From Schaalia meyeri (lineage in GTDB: Bacteria > Actinomycetota > Actinomycetes > Actinomycetales > Actinomycetaceae), in NCBI RefSeq assembly GCF_900105015.1, contig NZ_FNLK01000008.1, forward strand, positions 60,001 through 92,000: 32,000 nt of DNA. Direction: 5' to 3'. Positions within the stretch are counted from its first letter, which is position 1; every line of letters starts with the position of its first letter. The translations under genes were made by a program, and so were the position numbers. This document shows, piece after piece, positions 8,881 through 16,008 of this stretch. The notes below the pieces were generated by a model. It was not told the DNA's origin. It saw only the letters and a program-made list of their open reading frames with translations, and did no database searches.

Positions 8881-10299
8881 ATGACCTACCAGTGGTGGAG
8901 CCTGCTCCCCTTCGTCACCATGCTCGCCTGCATTGCCCTCCTGCCCATCATCCCGAAAACCTCGCACTGGTGGGAAAAGGAATCCTCCCGGCTCTTCGTC
9001 GCCCTGCTCCTGGGCGTGCCCACGACGATCTGGATGCTCGTTACGGCCGGCACTGGTCCACTGATCTCGACCGGCGTCGAATACGTGCAGTTCATCGCAC
9101 TGCTCTTCGCCCTCTTCGTCGTCTCCGGAGGCATCCACCTGGAGGGCGACATCAAGGCGACTCCACGCAACAACACGATCTTCCTGGCGGTCGGCGGCCT
9201 CCTCGCCTCCTTCATCGGGACCACGGGCGCGGCCATGCTGCTGATCCGCCCGCTGTTGGAAACCAACAAAGAACGCAAGCACCGCGTCCACACCGTGCTG
9301 TTCACGATTTTTATCGTCGCCAACTGCGGCGGCATACTGACCCCGCTCGGCGACCCGCCGCTCTTCCTGGGCTACCTGCACGGCGTTCCTTTCTCCTGGA
9401 CCTTCGCGCTGTGGAAGGAATGGCTGTTCGTCCTGGTGCTGCTGCTCCTGTCCTACTATTCGATCGACCGCGTACGTTACGCCTCGGAAGACACCTCTTC
9501 CATCGAGGCCGACGACCGCGACGTCCAGCCCCTGCGCCTGGTCGGCACGGTGAACCTGCTCTTCTTCGCGATCATCATCCTCTCCGTCGCCTTCGCGCCT
9601 TCCTGGGACGGCGAGGCGCTCGCTGAGGGGCACGTCGGGTCGTGGACAGAATTGGTGCCGTGGCGCGAACTCATCATGTTCACGGTCGCCGGATTGTCCT
9701 ACGCGTTCTCCGACAAAAAGGTGCGCTTCGAGGAGAATGCCTTCACGTGGACGCCCATCGCCGAGGTCGCGACCCTGTTTATCGGCATTTTCTCGACCAT
9801 GGCGCCCGCGCTGCGCTACCTGGAGCAGATCGCCCCGGACCTGCCCCTGACGCGCATGACCTACTTTGTGTTCACGGGTGGATTGTCCTCCGTGCTGGAT
9901 AACGCCCCCACGTACATGACGTTCTTTGAGCTGGCCAAGGCCTCCGGCGGCGACGGCACGCTCGTCGCGGGGGTGCCCGAATACTACCTGATCCCCATCT
10001 CGCTGGGCGCCGTGTTCTGCGGCGCGGCCACGTACATTGGAAACGGCCCGAACTTCATGGTCAAATCCGTCGCAGAATCCGACGGCGTGGCCATGCCGTC
10101 GTTTGGCCGCTACGTCGGCTACGCGTTCACGCTGCTGGTGCCGACTCTGGCCGCCATGGCCATGATTTTTATCGGCGAGTCTGCGCTGGTGCGTGGCCTG
10201 GGCATCGCCCTGGCCGCCGGGCTGGCCTTCCTGGCCCTCGTGCGCATCCGCCGTGCCGGGATCGACGAGGCCGTGGCGGACTTCAGCGGCGACGACTGA
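8881..10299 (+). CDS. ion transporter of the ArsB/NhaD (citrate-transporter-like) permease superfamily, putative Na+/H+ antiporter
   Basis: This is ORF 8812..10299. I prefer the ATG at 8881 (MTYQWWSLLPF). It has about 12 hydrophobic segments and motifs such as NCGGILTPLGDPPLFLGY and SSVLDNAPTYMTF, typical of this permease family. Confidence 0.8.
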   Translation: MTYQWWSLLPFVTMLACIALLPIIPKTSHWWEKESSRLFVALLLGVPTTIWMLVTAGTGPLISTGVEYVQFIALLFALFVVSGGIHLEGDIKATPRNNTIFLAVGGLLASFIGTTGAAMLLIRPLLETNKERKHRVHTVLFTIFIVANCGGILTPLGDPPLFLGYLHGVPFSWTFALWKEWLFVLVLLLLSYYSIDRVRYASEDTSSIEADDRDVQPLRLVGTVNLLFFAIIILSVAFAPSWDGEALAEGHVGSWTELVPWRELIMFTVAGLSYAFSDKKVRFEENAFTWTPIAEVATLFIGIFSTMAPALRYLEQIAPDLPLTRMTYFVFTGGLSSVLDNAPTYMTFFELAKASGGDGTLVAGVPEYYLIPISLGAVFCGAATYIGNGPNFMVKSVAESDGVAMPSFGRYVGYAFTLLVPTLAAMAMIFIGESALVRGLGIALAAGLAFLALVRIRRAGIDEAVADFSGDD

Positions 10300-10322
10300 C
10301 CGCGATCCTGAACGGATACGTC

Positions 10323-10350
10323 GGGGGCAGAACCGGCCGGTTGTGCCCCC
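10323..10350 (+). terminator. stem-loop after the permease gene
   Basis: GGGGGCAGAACCGG/CCGGTTGTGCCCCC is a near-perfect 14-bp palindromic hairpin 24 nt after the stop, followed by GCCTGTGTTG. Confidence 0.5.
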
Positions 10351-10487
10351 GCCTGTGTTGCATGGCGCCTTGTCGTGTTGCGTGGCGGGGCGTTTTGCTG
10401 CGCGGGGGGCCGCGGGTGTCCTGCTGCGCTGCGGCGTGGGCGTGTCTCACCGCCGGTTGAAACCCAGACCGCCCCCGCCCCGCCTCC

Positions 10488-10760
10488 CGCGGCTGCGCGT
10501 GAAACCCACACCGCCCCTGTACGCCCAAAACACCACGATTCAAGCCAATTCCGGCACGCAGGGGCGACCCCGGTTTCACCAAACCCCACGCAGCCCGAAG
10601 CAGGGGCGGCCGCGTTTGCCCGAACCCCCGCGACGCCGCGCGCCCTCACGCGGGCGCACGGTCGCCAGCTGCCGGCCTGAGCGCTACGCGCCAAGCACCC
10701 CCATCGCCATGGCCCAAATCGCCGCGCGAGGCGGAGCGTCCAGCGTCGGATCCGCTGACA
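10488..10760. repeat. dispersed repeat copy A (non-coding tail plus 3' end of cassette gene), paralogous to 18183..18470
   Basis: By-eye alignment with 18183..18470 gives roughly 65-75 percent identity. It contains the shared motif GTGAAACCCACACCGCCCCTG and its inverted partner 39 nt away. Confidence 0.75.
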
Positions 10761-11448
10761 ACCGGGAGAGAGCCTGCACGTCGAGGGGTGCATGAATGAG
10801 GGCGTGGAGATGATCGGTCACGAAGCACTCATAGTGCGCGCCGGGACGCCATTTTCCACGTCGCTTCTCCTCACGCACGCAGGTGACGACACTCCAGCGC
10901 CCCGAGGTGCAGTCACGCGCAAAGTGCGACTCGGCGGGGCCATACGTCACCAGGTCATTGAGGACGTCCTGTGCACCTCGGACATCAAGGGCACGAACCG
11001 CTGCTAGGAAGTCTGTAGGCATGTAGGGCGGGCCGTCGTGGATGGTGGGTCCGGCGTGCAGCAGGGAGGCGAAGGCCAGGATATGCGGGACTTCGCAGAA
11101 ATCAACCTGACTGAAGTGCACGCCGTCCACATCGGAACGCATGATGACGGAGCGCGGAACGGTGGGCCAGACCCTCCAGTCGCGCACGACATCCGGCATG
11201 GCGGGGGAGACAACACGGATAGCGGCCCTCGTTCGAGCATCACTCGCGGGCCCCAGGATTCGCTGTGCGTCACCAACGAGGCCATTCGCTCCTACAAGTC
11301 CACCGCTGACAAGTCCGCTGGTGAGGGCATCGCTCGAGACGCGCGTCGTCCCCTTGCTGGTAGACAGCATGTCGAGGAGAACATTCGCCTGCTCGACGGT
11401 GACGATCAGCTGATCCGCAGAACGCGAATCGGTGGCATCAACACTCAC
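10684..11448 (-). CDS. hypothetical protein, last gene of the cassette (weak EspG-like impression only)
   Basis: A 254-aa ORF whose GTG start overlaps the upstream stop (GTGA at 11445-11448). There are no TM segments. The N-terminal LIVTVEQANVLLDMLST loosely recalls EspG chaperone N-termini, but that is memory-level similarity and not verified. Confidence 0.65.
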   Translation of the reverse strand: MSVDATDSRSADQLIVTVEQANVLLDMLSTSKGTTRVSSDALTSGLVSGGLVGANGLVGDAQRILGPASDARTRAAIRVVSPAMPDVVRDWRVWPTVPRSVIMRSDVDGVHFSQVDFCEVPHILAFASLLHAGPTIHDGPPYMPTDFLAAVRALDVRGAQDVLNDLVTYGPAESHFARDCTSGRWSVVTCVREEKRRGKWRPGAHYECFVTDHLHALIHAPLDVQALSRLSADPTLDAPPRAAIWAMAMGVLGA

Positions 11449-11918
11449 GATGGCTCCTCCACAGTCTGAGCCATCTCCATGAAATCATCGATGACCATCG
11501 GGAAGACAATGCTGGGACACGTACACGTCGCGGTCCACAGGAAACGCTGCGGCGAGCGTGACCCAACGTGTGCAGTACGCGTGATCCATGCGAGTTGGCT
11601 GAGTGTCAGCGAGACATCGTCGAGGATGTAGACGCCTGTACGCCATCGGGCTCCTTGAGGAGTCATTGGCCACTCGAAATCATCGATGAGATGAAATCCA
11701 GGAAATGGTTTCTCCAGCTGCTGGACGCTGTCCGCGTAGACCGCTTCATCGCTGACATCGGTGGTCAGTTCCCCACCGGCGATCACCAGGGTCGGGACCT
11801 TTCCCTCGCCTTTCGCCTTTCCGACAGCGATAAGACGCACGCTGGCGTCACCGGCGAGCGCCCCCAGTTCTGCGCGTTCCTCTGGGGTAACGAGCCGCCA
11901 TCCCGACGCAAGACTCAC
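11445..11918 (-). CDS. hypothetical cytoplasmic protein (cassette gene 4)
   Basis: The track ORF is 11445..11960. The GTG at 11918 forms a GTGA overlap with the stop of the upstream membrane protein gene, so I prefer it as the start. I recognise no motifs. Confidence 0.6.
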   Translation of the reverse strand: MSLASGWRLVTPEERAELGALAGDASVRLIAVGKAKGEGKVPTLVIAGGELTTDVSDEAVYADSVQQLEKPFPGFHLIDDFEWPMTPQGARWRTGVYILDDVSLTLSQLAWITRTAHVGSRSPQRFLWTATCTCPSIVFPMVIDDFMEMAQTVEEPS

Positions 11919-12349
11919 CACCACGTATCCCCCCGCCTCTGAGCATGATGAAGCGCCCACGCCTCCTGATCAATGTTTCCGCTCTCATCCAACAGCCCGT
12001 GCCGCTTGGCATACTGCCAATCGGCATACACGAAATTAGGGAATCTGATCGGTAATAGCCCAATAAGAAAGAAGGCAAGAAAGATCAGAAGTGTCGCAGC
12101 AACACCTGTTAGCCAAATTGTAGGCAGCTTAAAATACTTAATAAATCCAGATATTCCAACGAGTAAGAAAATACAAGCGATTGAAGGCGCACCGATAGCA
12201 GCAAAGTTCCTACCGATTCTCCCCTTCCCATTCATCCGACGCCACAGGTTCGCGGCTCTTGAGTCTAAAAACATCTCCGCATACCATACCCCAACTCCAA
12301 GAATACCCATGCCGAACCCAGCAATAGCTAGTTTAAGATCCTCGTTCAT
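11915..12349 (-). CDS. small 3-TM membrane protein, candidate immunity protein
   Basis: The track ORF is 11915..12379. The ATG at 12349 (MNEDLKL) follows GAAGGG and lies 4 nt after the upstream stop at 12354-12356. The three hydrophobic helices are LAIAGFGMGILGVGVWY, AAIGAPSIACIFLLVGISGFI and IWLTGVAATLLIFLAFFLIGLL. The gene is conspicuously AT-rich relative to its neighbours. Confidence 0.7.
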   Translation of the reverse strand: MNEDLKLAIAGFGMGILGVGVWYAEMFLDSRAANLWRRMNGKGRIGRNFAAIGAPSIACIFLLVGISGFIKYFKLPTIWLTGVAATLLIFLAFFLIGLLPIRFPNFVYADWQYAKRHGLLDESGNIDQEAWALHHAQRRGDTWW

Positions 12350-12353
12350 ACGA

Positions 12354-13484
12354 TTACCCTTCATTGATTGGATCGACAATAGTATCGTTGGCTAGATCGC
12401 CTGCGCCTTCTCCTAGGTAGTGCCCGATCATCCCGCCGACGACGCCACCCACAAGGCCACCCACAACAGCACCAACCGGCGCAAAAGGTCCCGAACAAGC
12501 AGCACCAATGGCTGCGCCAGCTTTACCTCCCACAAATGCACCTCCCCAGGCACCACCCGCCGTTAAGGTCCCTTTCACGCTAGCACGCGCGACCTTATGT
12601 CCCTCACTCCACTCGGGGTGCTGAACCGTATCGGTTTGATACGTATCGTAGGCGGTGATACCACCATCAACAACAGCACCCGCCACGCCAGCAACCCTCC
12701 CGATTTTTCCGGCAACCGGAGCCACAACACGTGTCCCTGTTGGTTCCAGTCCGTGCGCTCCCGGCGACCGAAACTTCCACTTCGACAGATCACCCCTGGC
12801 GAAGAATCCCTCCGGAGCCTCGTATAACCCACTGAAGTGCTGCATCGTGAGCGCGACTGTCGACTGCCCGAGAAAATCTAACAGCCCCAATGCATAGGGG
12901 ACAGCGATGGCCAGTCGATGGTTCTCACTCGGAACAAAGTGTTCCTTCAGCCGGTCAAACACCGGCTTAATCCACTGCTCATACGTGCCAATTTTGAGAT
13001 CATCGAGCGTCAGCGAGAACACATACTCCGCGCGCTCGTAGTTCAGCCGTTGCTCCCGCGCCCTGACGCTGAGCTCGCCGAATAACTCGCTCAGCGCCGC
13101 GTCCTGCTCGTCCGGCAGGATCACCGTGTCCCCCTCGACGATCAGACCACCCGCGGCCGCAGCCTGAGCAATCCCCTGATACTCACCCCGCACCGACCGC
13201 ATCGACCACGCCAGGTCCGAAACGGCCAGCTTCAACGCCTTCAAATCTGCCGCCATCTCCTCGTATGTTTGCGATGTTGTCAGCAGATCCTCGTTGCACC
13301 GATGCACGAGCAAGGCCTCTTGCTGGGAGACAATAGCCGAGGCACGCGCCACGTCACCATCGGCCCGAGTCAACGCGCCGATCGATTCCTCACAGATCGT
13401 TTCAAAGGTAAACAGAGCATCGACATCGATGGGGAATTCCATCGAAAATGAGGAACCCTGAGAGACAGCACTTGCGTTTGTCAT
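12354..13484 (-). CDS. helical N-domain protein with C-terminal glycine-zipper region, candidate membrane-active toxin
   Basis: A 376-aa ORF whose ATG overlaps the stop of the upstream small gene (ATGA at 13481-13484). The N-terminal 180 aa or so look helical. The C-terminus has stacked GxxxG motifs (GGAWGGAFVGGKAGAAIGAACSG and GAVVGGLVGGVVGGMIG). Confidence 0.75.
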   Translation of the reverse strand: MTNASAVSQGSSFSMEFPIDVDALFTFETICEESIGALTRADGDVARASAIVSQQEALLVHRCNEDLLTTSQTYEEMAADLKALKLAVSDLAWSMRSVRGEYQGIAQAAAAGGLIVEGDTVILPDEQDAALSELFGELSVRAREQRLNYERAEYVFSLTLDDLKIGTYEQWIKPVFDRLKEHFVPSENHRLAIAVPYALGLLDFLGQSTVALTMQHFSGLYEAPEGFFARGDLSKWKFRSPGAHGLEPTGTRVVAPVAGKIGRVAGVAGAVVDGGITAYDTYQTDTVQHPEWSEGHKVARASVKGTLTAGGAWGGAFVGGKAGAAIGAACSGPFAPVGAVVGGLVGGVVGGMIGHYLGEGAGDLANDTIVDPINEG

Positions 13485-13783
13485 CGTGAGTCCAGACTGT
13501 CGAGGTATTCACGGACCGCCGCAATTTCTGCGGCGGCCTGATCATCGGCCTGAGCAAAGGCACTGGAGGCCGCATCGAGCCCCTGCGCTACAGCGAGCGA
13601 ACAGAAGGAGCCCATCGCAATTACCTCATTGATTTTCGCGATCCTCTCAGAAAGCCTCCCCTCGTTACTGCCGACCCCAGAAGGAGTATCCAGCACGTAC
13701 GCTGCAACATTTTCACCCGATGCCTCGAGAATGGAGGATGCTCGCGACACTTCATCGCTATCCCACACGACCTGACCCGACAC
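13481..13783 (-). CDS. small (~100 aa) helical protein, first gene of the cassette (WXG100/EspC-sized partner; no WXG motif seen)
   Basis: The track ORF 13481..13846 begins at a TTG inside the poly-G tract. I prefer the GTG at 13783, which is preceded by AAGGAG with a 6-nt spacer. The product is VSGQVVWDSDEVSRASSILEASGENVAAYV...AAEIAAVREYLDSLDSR. Confidence 0.65.
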   Translation of the reverse strand: MSGQVVWDSDEVSRASSILEASGENVAAYVLDTPSGVGSNEGRLSERIAKINEVIAMGSFCSLAVAQGLDAASSAFAQADDQAAAEIAAVREYLDSLDSR

Positions 13784-13818
13784 GCCACGCTCCTTACCGA
13801 TTGACAGGAACGAAGCTA

Positions 13819-13831
13819 CCCCCCCCCCCCC
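13819..13831. repeat. homopolymer C13 (G13 on the cassette coding strand)
   Basis: I counted 13 consecutive C at 13819-13831. The tract lies between the IS30 end (13852) and the RBS and start of the cassette (13795/13783). Confidence 0.95.
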
Positions 13832-13877
13832 GAAGGCGGCTGTCAAGGGCAGATTCTAGGGGTGGTTGCAACACATG

Positions 13878-15087
13878 TTATGCCCTGAGTAGCAGCTCAA
13901 GTCGCTGCTTGGGCGTGTCCCAGTTTAGCGTTTTGCGGGGGCGGTCGTTGAGCTGGTCGGCGATGGCGTCCAGGTCCGTTTCGGTCAGGAGTAACAGATC
14001 AGTTCCTTTGGGCATGTATTGGCGCAGGAGCCCGTTCGTGTTCTCGTTGGTGCCGCGTTGCCAGGGTGAGTGCGGGTCACAGAAGTACACGTCAAGGCCC
14101 AGCTGTCAACCGATCTTGCGATGTTGGGCCAGCTCGCTTCCCTGGTCCCAGGTCAGTGACAGGCGCAAGGAATGGGGCACGTCTGCGAGCTTGTCGATGA
14201 TGGCATCTTGAACTTCAGTAGCTGTATGTCCATTAGGCAAGTAGAGCAGCAGCGTGTACCGGGTCGAGCGTTCCACGAGTGTGCCGACCGCGGATCGCCC
14301 TTTGGCTCCGATGATCAAGTCACCTTCCCAGTGTCCAGGCAGCGCCCGGTCTTCCACACTGGCGGGCCGTTCGCTGATCATCACCATGGGGTCCTTGAAT
14401 CGTGGTCGTACCTGGCGAGAGTATGCGACCGGACGCCTACGGACGCGCCCTTGGCGCATGAGGGAAGCGATCTCTTTGCGGAGCGTGCCTTTGGCCTGGA
14501 TGAAGATGGACTGGTAGATCGTCTCCACGCACGGGTTCATGCTCTGACTTGTGCGGGAAACGCATGCGCAAGTATGCGCAAATCTGTTCTGGGCTCCATC
14601 TGAGCTGAAGCTTGTCCCAGATGATGCCCCACAAGCGAGGATCGGCGCATTTACGCACTTTAGGGCGTTTGAGACGCTTGCCTGCTCGCATGTGAGCGAT
14701 GTAGGGGTTGTAGCACGTGGCTGCAATCCCATTACGCTTCAGCTCCCGGCTCACAGTCGAGGGCGAACGTCCTAACTGTCGAGCAATGTCACGAATAGAG
14801 AGCCCCTCGACGCGCCATCCAAAGATAAGCATGCGTTCCTTGAGCGACAAGAACCGTTTACTGACCCGATGAGGTTAGCACTTCATATACAGACGGTACC
14901 AATGAGCCTGAGGAGCAATGCTTGCTCGCTCACACCGTCCACTTGAGCGAGTTCGACCATTACGCCAGACCTTGCCCGTCCGCTTCGAGACCCCGACAGC
15001 ATGAGCCGCCTGCGTGAAGTTCAAACCATCAGCAAGAGCCCGGACATACTCCCGATGCCGGCCGGATTCTAGGGGTGGTTGCAACAC
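13878..15087 (-). pseudogene. IS30-family DDE transposase, multiple frameshifts or stops
   Basis: The pieces are 14875..15087 (HTH), 14437..14850 (second HTH, RDIARQLGRSPSTVSRELKRN), 14106..14732 (HWEGDLI, TWDQGSE) and 13878..14090 ([17 protein letters not shown]). Together they make an IS30 DD(E) signature spread over different frames. Confidence 0.85.
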
Positions 15088-15113
15088 GTGTTATGCCCTC
15101 AGCAGCAGTTCGA
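15065..15113. repeat. extra copy of the IS30 right terminus (IR plus last 8 transposase codons) nested beside the left IR
   Basis: GATTCTAGGGGTGGTTGCAACACGTGTTATGCCCTCAGCAGCAGTTCGAGGCG is nearly identical to 13852-13900 and in the same orientation. Confidence 0.8.
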
Positions 15114-15137
15114 GGCGTTGCAACCGCCACCAGAACC

Positions 15138-15260
15138 TACAGGACCACGACCGCTGCGCGCGTCCGCTCCGCGAGCGCGTCGATGATCAGCCAGTGCGCC
15201 CGCTGATGGGTGAGACGCAGGCACCCCCGTGCAAGTAGACGATGACAGCCCCGGGGCCCG
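15138..15260 (-). pseudogene. fragment of an alpha/beta-hydrolase (HGG-type esterase) truncated at the IS end
   Basis: The reverse strand reads GAVIVYLHGGA and then, after a frameshift, IIDALAERTRAAVVVL, ending exactly at the IS30 left IR. The motif-level resemblance to the HGGG esterase N-terminus is from memory. Confidence 0.3.
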
Positions 15261-15440
15261 CGGCGCGCGGCCCACCTTATGCCGCCCGGGGCCGCGGAGT
15301 GCGGGCATACTGAAAAGAGAGGGTAAAGAGGGGTTCACTCGCACCCCATACACTGTTAATCTAAAGGGGAAGGATCAGACAATCGGCGGGCGAAGCGACG
15401 GAGCCCCGCCGTCGGCGAACAACTCGAGGAGGAGCACTTT

Positions 15441-15872
15441 ATGACACGTCCGAACACCGCTGATTCGCGTGACACCAACGTCAAGTACATCGCAGCGGTC
15501 GCGAAGATCCTGCACGCGAACGCCGAGGCGACCGCGGAGGGGTGGACCGAGGTGGGCCTGCTGGTCAACAAGGCCCCCGACAGCCAGAAGGTCTCCACCT
15601 ACGCCGTGCTCAAGCGCGGCTCCGAGCATTTCGATGACTGGCTGACCCCGTCGGCGTGGGACGAACTGAGCAAAGTGCTGGCCACCTGGCAGTTCGATCT
15701 CACCCAGCAGGGCCACCCCAAATGGACGGCGATGTTCCTGGGCGGCGTGCACGACGGAGGACTGGCGTGGCTGCCCGACTACTCACCCACCTTCGGCAAG
15801 TGGCGCATCCGCAGGAAGCACTCGAACCTGCCGGCGATCCAGGAGGGGCTGGAGAAGGCCGCCCGCCTTTGA
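15441..15872 (+). CDS. small cytoplasmic protein, immunity-protein-like (YezG/DUF600-like impression, unverified)
   Basis: A 143-aa ORF with a strong RBS (GAGGAGGAG, 6 nt, then ATG). It is intact amid pseudogenes. The pattern WTEVGLLVNK...STYAVLKRG...WQFDLTQQGHPKWTAMFLGGVHDGG recalls polymorphic-toxin immunity proteins. Confidence 0.7.
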   Translation: MTRPNTADSRDTNVKYIAAVAKILHANAEATAEGWTEVGLLVNKAPDSQKVSTYAVLKRGSEHFDDWLTPSAWDELSKVLATWQFDLTQQGHPKWTAMFLGGVHDGGLAWLPDYSPTFGKWRIRRKHSNLPAIQEGLEKAARL

Positions 15873-15964
15873 GGGCCCCTGCCCCAGGGCGCTAGTCGCA
15901 CTGCCCGCCGCGCCCGACCAGCAGCGCGCGACTTCCACCCTCCCGCCTACCACGGCAAGAGCGC

Positions 15965-16006
15965 TGATAAACTTATCAAACGCCCGAAGCGTTGATAAAC
16001 TTATCG
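15965..16006 (+). promoter_or_regulatory. two copies of a 14-bp palindromic box TGATAAACTTATC(A/G), candidate operator or promoter
   Basis: The boxes at 15965-15978 and 15993-16006 have centres 28 bp apart. They are AT-rich islands in GC-rich DNA, and the second ends 2 nt before the ATG at 16009. Confidence 0.5.
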
Positions 16007-16008
16007 CG

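Larger units (their letters stand above)
13852..15137 (-). mobile_element. IS30-family insertion sequence, decayed
   Basis: The terminal sequence GATTCTAGGGGTGGTTGCAACAC at 13852 has an imperfect inverted partner, GCGTTGCAACCGCCACCAGAACC, at 15115-15137 (18/23 matches). The interior encodes an IS30-type transposase broken into four frames. Confidence 0.85.

Noticed and set aside
8664-9633. ORFs 8664..9626 (+) and 8863..9633 (-)
   Set aside because: They are alternative-frame or antisense ORFs over the permease gene, whose own frame encodes coherent TM helices.
10119-10795. ORFs 10119..10793 (-) and 10193..10795 (+) across the permease/cassette intergenic region
   Set aside because: They span the terminator hairpin and the dispersed repeat. 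Their products are Arg/Pro/Ala-rich, and both strands are open, which indicates composition-driven ORFs.
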